This document shows, in pieces, positions 26,400 through 40,389 of a stretch of DNA of 64,000 bases. The position numbers and the translations under genes were made by a program. Below the pieces are notes generated by a model. It searched no databases, was not told where the DNA came from, and saw nothing but the letters and a program-made list of their open reading frames with translations. Within the stretch, counting starts at the first letter, position 1. Every line of letters begins with the position of its first letter. This DNA comes from Dicyema japonicum (taxonomy: Eukaryota; Animalia; Dicyemida): NCBI GenBank assembly GCA_011109175.1, contig RDEW01000043.1:310001-374000 (forward strand), given 5' to 3'.

Positions 26400-28640
26400 A
26401 TAATCCAGGATTCCAAGACATACCATAAGAGGAAGGAATCATGGAGACCAGGATCGCTTAATTGAACGATAAGTCTTATATTCTTAGACGATGAGTTCAA
26501 ATGCCTTCATATGTTCGAGATAGACGTAACCTCTCATAGACGAAATGATGGAATCCAACACATCAGATCAAAGGTCCTTCATTGAGGAAAGTGGCTAGTA
26601 GCTAAATAACTATTTTTCGAACTTTAAGAAAAAAATACTCAGGTTAGTGATTAAAAATATGCTTAGGTTATAGTTAAGGGTGCATAGTGGCAGGGATTTT
26701 CTAGGTTATAGGCGCGGGAGAGGAACTGCAGAGCTCTCATTTCCAAATGGTCTCAATTGGAAGGATCTTTGATTCCCAGTGTAGACGATCAATAGAGGTT
26801 GATCTGAGACATCCAGTAATTGTTCTGAGCGCGGTGTTTTGGACTTTTTGTAGTTTGTCGATGGAAGTGAGGGAGGAAGAGGTTGACAACAAGGACTTGC
26901 ATAGTTAATTGTGGCTCGAATAATTTGTTTATATATGATGGTTAAGGCTTTTTTGCTTTGGCCGAAGGAATAGTCAGACACAGCTTTCAGTATGCTGATT
27001 TTGCGAAAGGCCTTTGTACACTGTTCCTCCACATGTTTCGAGAAAGTTAGCAGTTGGTTGAAAATGACTCTAAATATTTTGGGATGTTTCGTAACGGGGA
27101 GTGTTTGTTCAAGAATTGTCAAAATTGGTTGAAAATTTAGTTGGCGGCGGTTGGACGTGAATACAGTGACGGTGGATTTCGATGGAGAGGGAGATAGGTG
27201 GTTTGCTCCAAGCCACTCTTCAAGAGTGTTCAAGTTGTTTTGAACATCCTTTGTTGCTTCGTCAACGTCTTTGTCTTTAGAGGCGATAATCAGCTCATCC
27301 GTATTCGATAGAAGTGTCTTGGAATTGGTTGGAATATTGCTCAGGTGCAAGTTGAATAAGGTAGGAGACAAAGCGAAGCCTTGGGGACTCAATTTGGAAG
27401 GAATCGGTAGTGAGATAGACAGGACATAATTTCTACCAATTCTTAGTGAGGAAATTTGTCAGCCAAGATGAGGAGGAACTCTAGATGCAAGAATTTTGCT
27501 ACTTAGGACGCGCCTTGATGTTCGATTAAACGCGTTGGTTATGTCAATCGATGCAAGGATAGTCCGTTTGGGAGGATTATAATTGTTGAAGCCATCAGCG
27601 ATATATTGAGTTAGGGTAGAGAGATGTGTTGATGTTGACGTGTTAAAAATCTGGGAAGGGAAGATACCCCGATATTAGTTTTAGTACCACACGTTCAACA
27701 ATTTTCGAAACTACAGATAGTAGTGAAATCGTCTGAAAAATCCCGGATCCGAAGGATCTTTTTTCGTCTTCAGGATTGGGATTATTATGGATTTTTCCAT
27801 AGTATAGGAATTCGGCAGTTGTTGATGGACAAAAAATTATGTTTGTTTTTGCTTTAAGTCCCTGCATTCTCAGGTGCTTTAAATTCAGAATGAAGATTCC
27901 ATCAAGCCTATGACAGGAGAGTTTTTGGCGTTTTTGATAAGCTCTTGTTCATGTTGGTGCATAGACGGGAGCATTTGTTCATGTTGATGTGACTCGCTTT
28001 TGCGTAGTGGTCCAATATGATATCTGCCTGATGTGCGAAATCACGTGTTGTTTAGTTCTTGTCAATACTGGTGGCGTTGGTTGTGTCCATTCAATTTTAC
28101 CCCCAATCCTTCAGTTTTGTTCGGTGGTTAATTTTTGTGATAAAAGTGTACCATCGACCCAATTTCCTCTTGTTGATTGACTCAGTAATTTCACCATTAA
28201 AGTTGGATAGTTTGGCCGTAGAAATTCTTGATTTTTGAGTCGCCGTCTTGTATGAATCTTTTCGATAATTTCCTCAGAGAATTTGGGATTATTGTCTGCA
28301 ATGAGTGCTCTTGGAATGTGTTTCTTATCGGCACTGAGGATAACCTCATTAAAAATTTCACTGTGGCATCAAGCGATTTGAAATTCTCAACGGAAAAGTT
28401 GGATAGAAATTTTTCCGTTTTTTCGCGGAATGAATCTCATTTTACACGTTTGTAATTTATTATGGCTTTCCGGTGCCTAACAATAGGCGAGAGTTGTTCG
28501 ATTGACAGAAGAATTTGATTATGGTCAGAGTCTGACCCTGCTGAATCATATTGTATCGCCTATCGCAAGGAGGGAGAAAGATATAGTCATGTGAAATAGG
28601 TTTTCAATTCCGAAGAGGCCAGGCTTGACTGAAAGGAACT
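26400..28640 (-). mobile_element. Degenerate APE-RT LINE
   Basis: SDHNQILL at about 28530. ISLLSVVSKIVER (ORF 27643-27867). PQG.ALSPTLFN, LTFSKH, YKQIIR..INYASP (ORF 26706-27392). Confidence 0.85.
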
Positions 28641-29149
28641 TCTAGTATTTGTTAACTGTCTTGTAGTTAAAAATAAAAAAAAATTTCTACATCAAAGTTT
28701 ATCTAACTATACTTCAATTTTTCACAGTATTGAGTGAGCTATCGATTGAAACTCACCAAAAAATTCACGAAAAAAAGAGAATTTTACATAAATAGAATGT
28801 TAAAAAATTCATAATTATGTTTTATAATAAATAAGAAATTTATTTGGTCTTTATAAATTTTCCAAAGGTGGAAATCATGTTATTAAAAATCCTATCTACT
28901 TTTCTAACTTTATCCTAGTTTTTAACGTTTTTAAGGATCCATTCAAATCAAGACTCTTAACAGGCTTTCTATATGAATTGTATGAATCAATTATCTCAAC
29001 AATATGGTTGAATGACCTTGAATTCTTATATTTATGCTAGTATTTGTTTATCTTATAACATTCAAGTCATGAAAACTGTTGGTTAGCCAGAATTAAAAGC
29101 CAAAAGCGGAGTCTTCCAGATATTAGTTAAATTCTGATCTTATAGAAAT

Positions 29150-29520
29150 TCAATTTATTTAACCCCAAAGCTTACAATCTTTTGTAAGCCCAGCACAATC
29201 AGTCACAATAAATTAATCCAAGGAAGGAACCAAAGGAATAACGTCTGCTTGCGCCGACCAAACTCATCCTTCAATAGTCTATTGAAGGTGTCCGCTTCCG
29301 AAAAGAGATGTAGAAGTAGGTCAGCCCTCTTCTATTTTCATCACACGTCCTACCGTCGCGGACATCACTTCATTCTTAGGTGTAAGTGTTTCTATAACGG
29401 CAATCTTCACCAGTGGATTTGGTCAGCGATAAAATAGGAAGATCCTTTTCAACAACTGTGCCTTACCAGGAGAACTCGTCGCCTCACGGGAAGGATCTGT
29501 TTGACGAGAATTGACCTTCG
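29150..29520 (-). mobile_element. Interspersed repeat family D, second copy
   Basis: Colinear similarity to 12940-13330, including an exact 34-nt block. Confidence 0.5.
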
Positions 29521-30224
29521 CTGAAAAGTTCATATTTTGGCAAAAAAGCCTAGAAATTCAATAAGGTAACTTATTATTGAACAACCTCAAATATATCGGA
29601 AAGAGGTTAAAATTAATTAAGTCTATTTAAAATTATGGAGGATTTTTTAACAAAGATGTAATTAGGAGGTTTTGTAGACGACCGAAACTTCGTTACCTCT
29701 ATCTCTGGATCAGGCTCAGTCTCAAATTGGGGGACAACTCAAAACAACGAAAGATCTTGTTGAAATAATGAGTAAAAATGTAATTGGAAGGGAAAATTAG
29801 TTGAAAGGTGACGCATACAAGTGAAACCCTAAGTATTCATATGTTCATGGGAAACGTGGGAGTACTATTAACTAACTTGAACTCGAAAACATATGTGAAT
29901 AAATGACTTAGAAGGATACATTTTAGCTACAAAAAGTCCAAAAATGGACTAAGTTATCCTCAATATCGCTGTTGTCGAAGAAACCTATTTTTCCATTTTA
30001 TAGTGTCTCTTCCGTATTCCTGTTAGGCATAGCCCAGTAACAAGACTGTGTGTTGATATCTGTAAGTATATAATATTACTAATCTTCCTTAGTAATTAAA
30101 TATTTTCATGTAAAACTAGTACATTGACCCAAATTAATTATCTGCTTATGACATTACGTCAAAACAGCCATTTTAAGCAATATTATCCTGTAAATCGAAA
30201 AACCATAAATCAAAATTAATTTTT

Positions 30225-30796
30225 TTACTTTTCAGTCATTAAGCACATAAAGTCTTCTATAAAAGATAAATGGAAACCTTCGTAATTTATATTCCCATCG
30301 GAATCGATATCAACCTCTTTGAGCATATCGTCAACCTCTTCGTCGGTCAGAACCTCCCCAAGATTTGTCAGAACGCATCGAAGCTCATTGCAGCGAATAA
30401 TTCCATTCCTCTCAAAAATCTTGAAGGCATCTCTGATTTCGTTTTCAGTGTCAACAAACTTAGGTTTAGTCTTCAATATTTCAAATAAGGAATTCAGTTC
30501 GATAATTTCATCATCTATTAATTATACAAAGTTATTTAAGATGTGAATTTTAATATTGTTATTACTGTTTACGTCCAGTTTGGAGATCATTTCGTTCAGC
30601 TCAGATTCTGTAGGATTCTGGCCCAAGGATCGCATCAGAGTACCAAAATCTTTAGTCGATATTGTTTCATCTCCATTTTTATCGAACAGAGAAAATGCTT
30701 CTTTGATATCTTTAATGTAAAATTCATTTTTAGTCAAAACCAGCAATTTGTTGACTAGTTAACTCTGTCTAAAATATTAAAAAGGATAGCTACCAT
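30225..30796 (-). CDS. Divergent calmodulin-like EF-hand protein (5 exons)
   Basis: Intron directly after the ATG (as in animal CaM genes). [67 protein letters not shown]. Confidence 0.9.
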
Positions 30797-30967
30797 GATC
30801 AAATTAAGCATATAATTATTACCAATTTTATATATATAATAGGTTAACCAACATAAGCTAAGATTAAATTTAACTGTTTTTAATTTTTAAATTAAAAAAT
30901 AATATTATTTTTTAATTCATTGCTCTACAAGTTGAATAAATAAAATAAATAAATTAAATAAATCAGA

Positions 30968-31045
30968 CTTAAAATAAAGTGTGTGTCCTGTCTGGGAGGA
31001 TATATAGCTAATATGGCTCTTTGTAAAGCGCAGTATAATTATTAT
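30968..31045 (+). mobile_element. SINE family A 3' tail fragment
   Basis: Reverse complement of 60181-60250 (tctgggagga..gctaatatgg..gtaaag.gcagtataa). Confidence 0.7.
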
Positions 31046-31864
31046 TTGAGAAAAGTTGTGATAAATGAAGAAACTCGATCCCTTCTAGTAGGAAGTGAGG
31101 ACATTATCTAGAGAAAAACCTTGGCAAATACGGCTATACTTAAACTAAAGAAATTATGATTCAAATTAAAAAAGACCAGGTACACAGTAAGGATACTTAT
31201 GTACAATTCGCTCATCAAACTTATACTTCTATATTTAGACCACCTCAAAAGGGGAAGCAAATAGGCTAGATTCTTTCCACAGGAACCACGTAAGAAAGAT
31301 TACCAAAGCAGGAAGCCCGACCAGAAAAAATTACGACTGCAAGCAAATTAGCTTGGAAATAACGGAGTGTTGTTGGAGACTGTACGGACATAAATTAAGG
31401 ATAAACTTGACATCCCAACCAAATATATCCATAGAAAGCTATTATTTTAGGAAGTCACTTTTGTGGAAGTCCAAAAGTAACTCTGTTAGTTGTCACATGA
31501 AATGGCGTGAAAACACTAAAAAGGAGGTAGTATCGTGAAAGTGCTTATGATATAATTTGAAAACAACTTAAAATTAATTTCCTTTGCACGTGCATTCTTT
31601 TAATCCAAGATGACTGTAAGAGCTGTTAGAAATGTTATAATGCCTGTGTTCCTCGTTAGAAGTGGAGTGATTTACGAAAGGACGCAATTAAGGTTATATG
31701 TCGATGTTACTGAGTTCAACTATTTGGTTGATGTTACTGTGATTTGAAAGTTTTATTACATGTGACACGTGGTCTTTTTTAATGTGCTATTATGATTGAA
31801 TAACATATAAATTATTATCTTATAAGTGCTTCTGACAGATGATTCACTAAGTTCTTTTAATTTA

Positions 31865-31990
31865 GTCACGACGAGATTTGAACTCGGATCCTACATGCAT
31901 CCGACAATTCTTGTATTCAGAACTTCAGGTTCCTGAAATCTCCCGAGTCCGTCCATAGTTGCGAAAAGAAAAAGAAAAGGATTTTAAAAA
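31865..31990 (-). mobile_element. SINE family C partial copy
   Basis: Reverse complement reads gaagttctgaa..gtcggatgcatgtaggatccgagttcaaatc. Confidence 0.55.
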
Positions 31991-32299
31991 ATGAACCAAG
32001 TAGACATTTAAAAAATAAACCAAGACACTTTCTCGATTCGTAAACTCGCGACTTCTCAACAATATTTGATCGCCAACATATGAAGAAACCATCTCGAATT
32101 CTCCCCTCTTCGATTTTTTTAAAGAGCATAAGGTATTGCGTATTTCTTCGTCATGTTGCTTCCTCCCGTTCATTTCACGAGCCGTTTGATTTTGCTCAAG
32201 TTGTTGCTTAAGCTTTATAGAGTTTGCTTTTTATTGATTCTTCACAACTACTTTTAGTATTATCATTGGTAAGAGCCTTATAAGTGCACTGCCCAGCAT

Positions 32300-33400
32300 A
32301 TTTTATTTATTTATTTATTTAACCCAAGACCACCAGGAAAGATAGGTTAAAACTAATTTAGGTGAACCCAGCCTCCAACAACATCCGAACTCTCTTCGTT
32401 TGGTCTTCTGATGATCCAACCTCACTCCGGAAGCGTCTTCTCTTCCTTCTGCAAAGGAATTCAATCGGCGTGCACTTTTTTATTACCGACCAAAATTCCT
32501 CTGTATGGGCTACCTTTTCCTTGAGTGGGTTTTCCAGTTCCTTGCAGAAACGTAGGAAACCCTGGCTGTTTTTCAACGTCGCCTTATCAGAAACGAGGTC
32601 GCCAATGAGGATGTCCATGTGGTGCATAATTCACATATGATATCAGTGATATCGTTGATATCTAAACTAGGCAAGGAATCAATATATTCCTTGATTGCTG
32701 AATTAATTCCACTCAACTCTCCTTTCTAAGCATTTGTCTGGAAATCTCCCTAGTAGGAATACAAAGGTTCATTTCTGTTGTGAGTGCTTTCCCAATCTGG
32801 CAACGGAACTTCTCAAAGCATTTTCCAAAATTTGAAACTTTAGCCATCTGTTTTTCCTCCACTGGAAGGCCACAGAGTGATTCACTTGACTTGGAAGAAA
32901 GCAAGCACTTAAAATTAACAATTGACTTCGATGTCCCGGATTTTAAGTTAAAAGCTTAATTAATCAGAGGCCAACCACCACGGGGCATCCTCCTGAATCT
33001 GGATTTTGTAGCCTCAACGACTTCCACTGCCCATTGTTTCTGGTAAACAGTATGAACTTTGTCAACTAGACATTGCAGAGAAAAGATGTTCTTTAAGGTC
33101 AGTATTGACAACTTTTTGCAACTAATTTTTCCTTTGGCTTCAATGTCTGCTATGAAGTCTTCTTTTGGTCCAAATTGTAATCTCACGTTACGGAGGACGC
33201 TGAAAAGAATGACACCGTTTTGCGAATTTCGCGGGTTTTTGAAATGAAATATCGACTAAAAATACAATAGCGCTTGAATTTCCCTTTGATAGTTCATTTT
33301 CCAAAAGTTCCAGAACTCTTAAAAACCAGCGTTTTAGAACTTGTATCCAGGTAACAACATTGTCCCCGAGGAAAGAATAGTGGATACTATTGATGCCGGC
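32300..33400 (-). mobile_element. Heavily degenerate LINE RT and 3' end
   Basis: FIADI, NLK..SKSIVNF, YQRY..NYA.TW. C-terminus LLEAGFT* parallels LLERAGIT*. Hairpin plus (TAAA)n tail at 32300-32370. Confidence 0.55.
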
Positions 33401-33669
33401 CAAGTATTGGGAATCTCCTCAGTTAGGTGGATCCATTGACGTCATCGGAGGGAATGAAAATAATTTTTGACAAACTAGCCACATAGTACCACATGGTACC
33501 AATATTTCAAAGTATCTTAAATAATGATATTTGAAGAAAAAGTCTAGAAGTTGTTGAGATACTCACAACCAATCATTTCCTCTATATATGTTCTAACTAT
33601 CGTAGTCTCTAAAATTGGCTATTTGTTAAAAAATTCTAATTTTTAGTAACATTTTCAAATTCTCAAATT

Positions 33670-33980
33670 ACTGCACTTTACGAAAAGCCATATTAGCTAT
33701 AGCTCCTCCCAGGCAGGAGACACACTTAAGTAAAGAATAATTATCATAACTAGTAGAGGGAAATCCAAAGAATGCTCTTCACTTCTTTTTTGGATGCGAG
33801 TCCTTTTGTAGACGATCCGGTTCTGCAGTGAAATGTTTACTGGTGACGGCGTAACTCGTCAAACTAAAGCACCGTAGATGCGTGGAACCTTCAGCCGGAG
33901 TGTACAGTAGCGAGATTCGAACAAGTGGCCATCATGTCTTTTGCCTGGCCCTCGTTACACTGTGCCACTCAGCCGAGTTT
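33670..33980 (-). mobile_element. tRNA-derived SINE family A, near-full copy
   Basis: Reverse complement has a tRNA-like head (gttcgaatctcgct), hairpin core and gtaaagtgcagtaa tail. Confidence 0.75.
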
Positions 33981-34664
33981 TCTGATGAAAATTGGCAATA
34001 TTTTTAGTAAAACAATTTATGATCAAATTAGTATGCAACATTCCTAGAAATTCAATACACGAAAATATTGAATTGATAAGTGATGAGAAAAAAGACAATT
34101 AGGTAAAAAAAGCACATATCCATGATTCAGTTTTCCACCAATGGTGACTTAGACATGTCAGGAGGGGGTGAATGTTAAGAGATTCCTCGAGTTAGTATAG
34201 ATTAAATGTTAAACTATCAATAATAAATATTTCATAAAGTTAAAATATCAACTCCCTTCAGGTAAAGTAAATGGGTGGTAGAGAGAAAAGTAGCAATCAT
34301 AAGGGAAGCTCCCAGATTCAGTCATATGTATGTGGAACATAAATCGAAGGTGGATCAAGACAAGAAATGTATATCTTGTGGTCACATAGAAACATGATAA
34401 CTAAGCGACTAAACGGATTCTGCTCATATAGTCTTATAAAACTGTATAGTGACGGGATTGAAGTGAAAATGAACATTCCTGAGGGAGGAGGTAGAGAAGC
34501 TTCACGTTTCGCGGCAGGAGTCCCATAAGCTCATTGATACCAAGTCTTTTGATGGCATTTGCGGAAACTCAGACGTGAATCGTTTTGAGGTGCGACTAAG
34601 TGGGTTCAGTCTTTAGAATGATTCAAAGAATGGGAATTTTGTCACATTTACATTATTATTATTA

Positions 34665-35445
34665 ACCCAAAACACCAATAGTTAATCTCTTGAAATTAAT
34701 TAGGTGATACCGACAATCCTGATGAGCTTTCTCAGCTTCTCCCGATGTTGGACTTTTGACCCAACACAGTCACGGTACGGGCTGGGGACAGTGTTCGTGA
34801 GAACAACTGGGGTAATGTGCTTCTGGAAACTGCTTGACACATGACGGTTTGTCGACGACAAGTCCTGCTGGAGGGTTAAGGTTAAAAAACTCTTGCCGTT
34901 TTGGTTGATAAAGTGGTCAAAGGGACTGGGTAGAATATTTCTCAGCTTTGCAATGTGCATTATGGGAGTCGCAGCTCGACATAGGGTGTCATCAACTTTA
35001 AGACGGTTGGTCTACGAGATATTAATTCCCCATGCTGGACAGCCATAGCTGATAGTCGGCTCGATGAATTGCTTATAGAGAATACCGAGAGCAGGGAATG
35101 GCTTTTTTATTCCACCAAATATGGTTTTGATTAAACCAATTTTCCTCTGACAAGTTCCAATGGTCTTCTCAATATGGGCATAAAAAACACATGTGGGTAT
35201 CAAAAGTGACCCCCAGAATTTAAGGGTTCTTCGTAAAAGGGATTTTTTTGTCCAGGAATAGATCTTCCGAGCATTTTGCCCTAGGTGAATAGAGTGGTGG
35301 AGGATTTTCCGGGAGATGTGTTCATCCGGTTTTGTGTAGCCAAGTTTGAATTTGTAACAAGAGTTCTTGTACTTTTTTGAAGCATTCGTGAGGTCTTGAT
35401 CACGTGAAATAATGAGTAGGTCATCAGCATAGGCGAGAATTATCG
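34665..35445 (-). mobile_element. LINE RT C-terminal fragment with 3' tail
   Basis: YADDLLII, YKQFIEPTISYGCPAW, ends IVGIT* followed by hairpin and (TAA)n. Confidence 0.8.
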
Positions 35446-36519
35446 AAAAAGTTACTCCCAGGACTAAACTGTATTAGCAAATTAATTTAAAGATTGAAAA
35501 CAAATTTTATAAAATGTTAAAATATTTTTTTTCAAATTTAATTTAAAAAACATTTAAATGATTCATATTCCTGTGCGCGGGTTGGCTGTATAAATCTAAT
35601 TTTAGATCAACCGATAGGGGAATCGTTTTGGAGCTTCACGGGGACCTTAAATTTGAAGAGAATTGTCAACTTAAATTTTTTATCGACAAAAAAGTTTTAA
35701 AATGGCTCCAAATTTAGGGCGTCCCTTATCTAGTAATAGACAAGAAAATATTAGTAGGAATGGAAGAGAAAGTCGACCCGAACATGGCTTTAATGTCACG
35801 CTGGGATTCCGCTGTAAATATGGAATTTATTATCACGAAGAAGTACGTTTTTAACGACAAGCCAATACAGCTAGTTTCAAGCAATCGTAACCATTAAATG
35901 TTTTATTCGTTGCTTAAATTCATAATTTTCTTATTGCCACTGCTGAGGTCATTTTTTAAGAAAATGAAGTGAAGAAATTAATTAATGCCTTCGAGTCACT
36001 TGCAACTCAGTCAAGGCTAACTGCTTTCTCATTTTTTCCCAAACAGACCTCATGAGGTTGATTTGTGATCCCCTCTCAGTCTTTATCAGTGCTTTTTGAC
36101 GTTTAGCTTCATCATTAAAGATGTATTCTTAGTTACCAAAGCCTCGTGGATGGTCTACTCTCATGAAAATACAAACAGGATTGAAGGTTGTCGGTGAGCC
36201 AGGTAGAGGTGTAGTGATCTAGCGCAGATTAGCCGATTTAGTAATGGAATTTATTTCCGTAATTTTAAAACGTTTTTCTGAAAATATTAAACATATTTAG
36301 GAAGGTTTCATTTGATGAGTTACAAAAGTAGTTTTTGAGATGCTTAAGTTATTAGCAATACTTAAATTGATAATTGAGAAACCCATTGGCAGATGTAAGC
36401 TCGACGAAAGAACGGCAAAACTAAAATTATAGCTTAAGGATTGCAAAACTGCATTTTATTTATAAACCACCAATGCAACGAGAAAAAGTTAACAGTGAAC
36501 AACTAATTTAGCCATTTCC

Positions 36520-36710
36520 CACATTCCCAGAGGCAGATAGTTCTTCCAATATCACACACGACCATCTAAAACCAGAGAAAGAAGAAAACATCCAGTCCTT
36601 GCAGTTGCGGGAACTCCTCCAATAGAACGAAGGAGAGCAAATGATAGTTTTCATGTCATATTGGCGCCGTATGCTACCTGACACAAGTGGTTCACAGAAC
36701 ATTACTCAAA
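36520..36710 (-). mobile_element. SINE family B partial copy
   Basis: ttccaatatcacac..cagtccttgcagttg..aatgat is the reverse complement of the family B core. Confidence 0.6.
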
Positions 36711-36975
36711 CGGAAAAAAATAAAATAATTTTATTAAGTGGATTAAGATCCATATTAAAGGCGTCCGTGGGCGCTTTTTGAGACAGTTGATCACATGAAG
36801 GTACGCTTTAAAGAGGGAAGAGAGGGACGGAACGTGTAAAAGATGTTAAGAAAATTGATTTTTACTAAATCTTAAAAAGTAATTATTCTAATATTTATAA
36901 ATATAAAATTTTTATTTAAATTATAATTAAAATAAATAAAATTTAAAAAAATAATTTGAAAAACACGATTTGTGA

Positions 36976-39517
36976 ATGTCACGTCTCATTGTGAAGAATC
37001 TTCCTACCAAAGTAAATAACTCTATTAAAGTTAGATTACTGAAAAAGAGCTAAAATCTTTATTTGGAAAATTTGGTACATTAACTGACTGTTCTCTGAAA
37101 TACACTCAAAGTGGTAAAAGCAGGAATTTTTCCTTTATTGGCTATTCCAATGAAGACGACGCTACTAAAGCCATGAATTATTACAATAATTCATATATTG
37201 GTTCTGCAAAGATTTTAGTTCGATTTCTTTTGATATTTTCGTAGGTTGAGCTTTCACGTGATTTCCACACAAATACGACGAGCAGAAATGCTACCCCACA
37301 AGAAGGTATAGTTTGAATTTTAAATATTTTTTATATTAATTATTTTTAATTTATTTTATTTCAGAAAATAATTTAAACGTTGAAAATTCCACTTTGAAAG
37401 AAACCCCCAAAACCGTTGCCATATTCGGAGCTCCTACGTACATAAATAAGCAGCATCTGATTGACTTTTTCAAACCATTAACTGTGGTTAGATTCTGTCG
37501 TGATGGAAAGAAGAGTTTGAACTTTTTTAATTTAATTTAGTGATTATCGAGTTTTCTGATGAAAAAGAGGCAGGGCAAGGTCTCAGTTACGCCAAGAAAT
37601 ATTTGGGTGATTTTCAATCAATTTAAATTTAGGCGGGAAAAAAATTAAAATCAAACCATCGAGATGTGTCACTAAACCGCTAAATTTAAAACCCAAGAAA
37701 CTGACTCGTGTTGAATTGGTAAGGCTTAATTTTTCACATTCCAGTCCAATTTCAAGCCCGAAGATGTCTCTGATTCTGGTAGGCTTTTTGTTCGCAACCT
37801 TCCCTTTGTTTGCACTCAGGAAGATTTGCGAACAAAATTCGAACATTTTGGTAGTCAGTTGATTTATTTTAGGGAAACTTGTTGAAGTTCTACTTCCAAT
37901 TGATCCTCATACTACAGTTCCTCGGGGATTTGCCTTCATAACATTCATGTTCCCCAACGACGCTTTGAAGGCACTCAACCAACTCGATGGATCTATTTTT
38001 ATGGGAAGAATGCTTCACGTTATCCCAGCCAAAATGATTCCTGTACACGAAGGTTGAACTCTGGGTGACTGACTAATAGATAAACGACGAAAACTCGGAT
38101 TTTAAGCAGAAAAAACGTGAGAAACTTAAAAAATCCGCTGTCTGCTCTCGGAATTGGAACGCTCTCTTTCTTGGAGCCAATTCAGTTGCTGATGCAATTT
38201 CCCAGAGGTACGACAGCTCAAAGGGGACTTGGTTGGAGTCGAAGCTTCGGTATGACTGATTTACCCATTTTAGAGGGAAAATAATTCTATTGGAGTGAAG
38301 ATGGCTTTGGGGGAGACTCAACTGGTAATTGAGACAAGAAAGTTTTTGTTGGACCACGGAGTCGCTTTGGATTGTTTTTCACAAGTTTTTTATTCCTTAA
38401 CATGCAGCCGTCTGGAGAACGGAGTAAGACGGTGATTCTGGTGAAGAACCTACCTTTTGGTGTCACAAAAGATGACCTTGTGACCCTATTCAAACCATTT
38501 GCCATAGTTAACCGTGTAATCTTCCCTCCTTCCGCAATTACTGCTATTATGGAATTTGGGGAGGATGCTAGTGCTGCTTTTAAGCGATTAGCCTATTCTC
38601 AGGTAGTGATTTCAGTAAAAATCTTAGTTCCGTGGGAACCCATTGTATCTCGAATGGGCTCCGGTTGAACTGCTTCCCCACATGGCGAAAAGTGAAGTTA
38701 AAGTGGATGAGGATGAAATGGTTTGTTTAATATTTAATTTGGGAATCCGAGGAGGAAGTTGGTCCTGGATGTACTGTGTTTGTGAAGAATCTCAGTTTCA
38801 ATACAACAGCTGAATCTATTAAGGAGATCTTTGAAATTTGTGGACCTGTCAAAGACGTCACGATTGCCCAAAAGGTGTCTCCAAAGGAACCTGGGAAGAT
38901 CCTTTCTGCAGGATATGGCTTTGTGACATTCAAAAGATCAGAATCTGCACAAAAGTCTGAGAGAACTTCAAAGGAGGATCGTGGACGACCATTCCATCGA
39001 GTTGAAGTTGTCTGAACGTGCCCCCACGTGATTTTTCTTTTTAATATGTAGAACTTCAAATCAACAAAAAGCCAAGCAAAAATCGTCAAAGTGCAGCAAT
39101 AAGCTTATTGTACGGAATATCCCCTTCCAAGCTCGTCGAAGTGAAATTTATAAGCTGTTTAGGTATGTTTATTACTTATTAAAGTGTTTTTGGAGAGTTG
39201 AGGACTGTAAGATTGCCTAGGAAGGTTAGCACATGTGCAACTGACCATCGTGGATTTGCCTTTGTTGACTTTTCTGACGAGGGATCAGCAAGGGTAGTTT
39301 TCTCTCTTATTTCAGCGAGCTATGGAGGCTTTGTGTCACAGCACTCACTTATATGGAAGGAGACTGGTGATTGAATATGCCAGCTGTGAGGATGAAAATG
39401 TTGGGAGATTGAGAAAGAAGGCTGTAGATCAGCAAAGTTGGACTTTTGTTCTTGTTTTTAGATGCGACTGAGCGATTGGAAAGAAGTAGAAAAAGAAAGA
39501 TTAATTTTGATTTTTGA
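36976..39517 (+). CDS. RBM19: RNA-binding protein 19 / Mrd1 (six RRMs; 40S biogenesis), with apparent indels
   Basis: N-terminus MSRLIVKNLP. SGRLFVRNLPF, NWN.LFLGAN.VADAI, VKMALGETQLV.E.RKFL..HGV.LD.F, TVILVKNLP, VFVKNLSFNT, KLIVRNIPFQA, HRGFAFVDF, STHLYGRRLVIEYA. Confidence 0.93.
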
Positions 39518-40065
39518 ATATTTTTTTATTTATTTGATTGAGATAGCGTGTAGCCACCTCAGCCTTTCGGGAAGTTGTTAAGTGAAGATTGAAACCGCAG
39601 ACATGATGAGACTCCGACCACTAAAACATTAAATCAAAATAGTAAAATTATTTTACAATTAATTGCCTTTTCCAAAAATTGAGGGTACTCATCTCTGAAA
39701 CCTAGATTTTTAAAATATATAAGAGAACTTAATTCTGAATTTGGGATTCCAGTAGATTTCGATATAACTGGTCTTTACGATTAAAGCAGTCGATATTTGT
39801 ACGAAAACATTCTTGAGTTTTTTAAGTTTTTTATTTCTCTAAGTGAAATAAGAGATGAGGTCCGTCGTTTAACACGTGAGACATGGAATTTCTGGACCGA
39901 GAAAGTGTCAGGTACACTAAGTACCCGTGTTCAAATCACGTCTATTCAAAAATTAAATAACTTGAAGGATCATGCTTCAAATGGTGCAGTGATACAAATA
40001 AGACTCCCTCAGTTAGGAAAATTAACCTGGAAATTTGAACAAGGAAGAAGTTAAAACAACTAATT

Positions 40066-40260
40066 AGTGATCTCGGTATTCAACAACAGACGCTCGAGGT
40101 TTTTGCAATGTTTCTCCATAGTTCCCAATGCTTTCCCGTACCCACGACATTCCTCTTTAAACATAACTTGAAGAAGCGCTGGTTTTTTTCAGTTTTGCTG
40201 ATTTCGGTGGGTTCTACCGCTGATCTGAATAACGATCAGATTCGTCGCCGTATGAAGTTA
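40066..40260 (-). mobile_element. LINE 3' end remnant
   Basis: Reverse complement ends gagatcactaattagtt, like other LINE tails. Confidence 0.45.
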
Positions 40261-40389
40261 TGAGCTCGAACCCACTATTCCGGATTGATTTTTACAGAAA
40301 AAGAACAATAAAAATTAGAATTTGAGGTTTATTTACATTTTTATCAGCCCTTCAACCGAGGTGTAGTAATGTATCATTTATTTATGACT

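Noticed and set aside
32358-33450. Novel multi-exon gene, with an in-frame TGA after MTSMDPPN suggesting selenocysteine or readthrough
   Set aside because: The fragments match degenerate LINE RT motifs and the LINE 3' tail. The ATG-containing segment derives from a family B repeat fragment.
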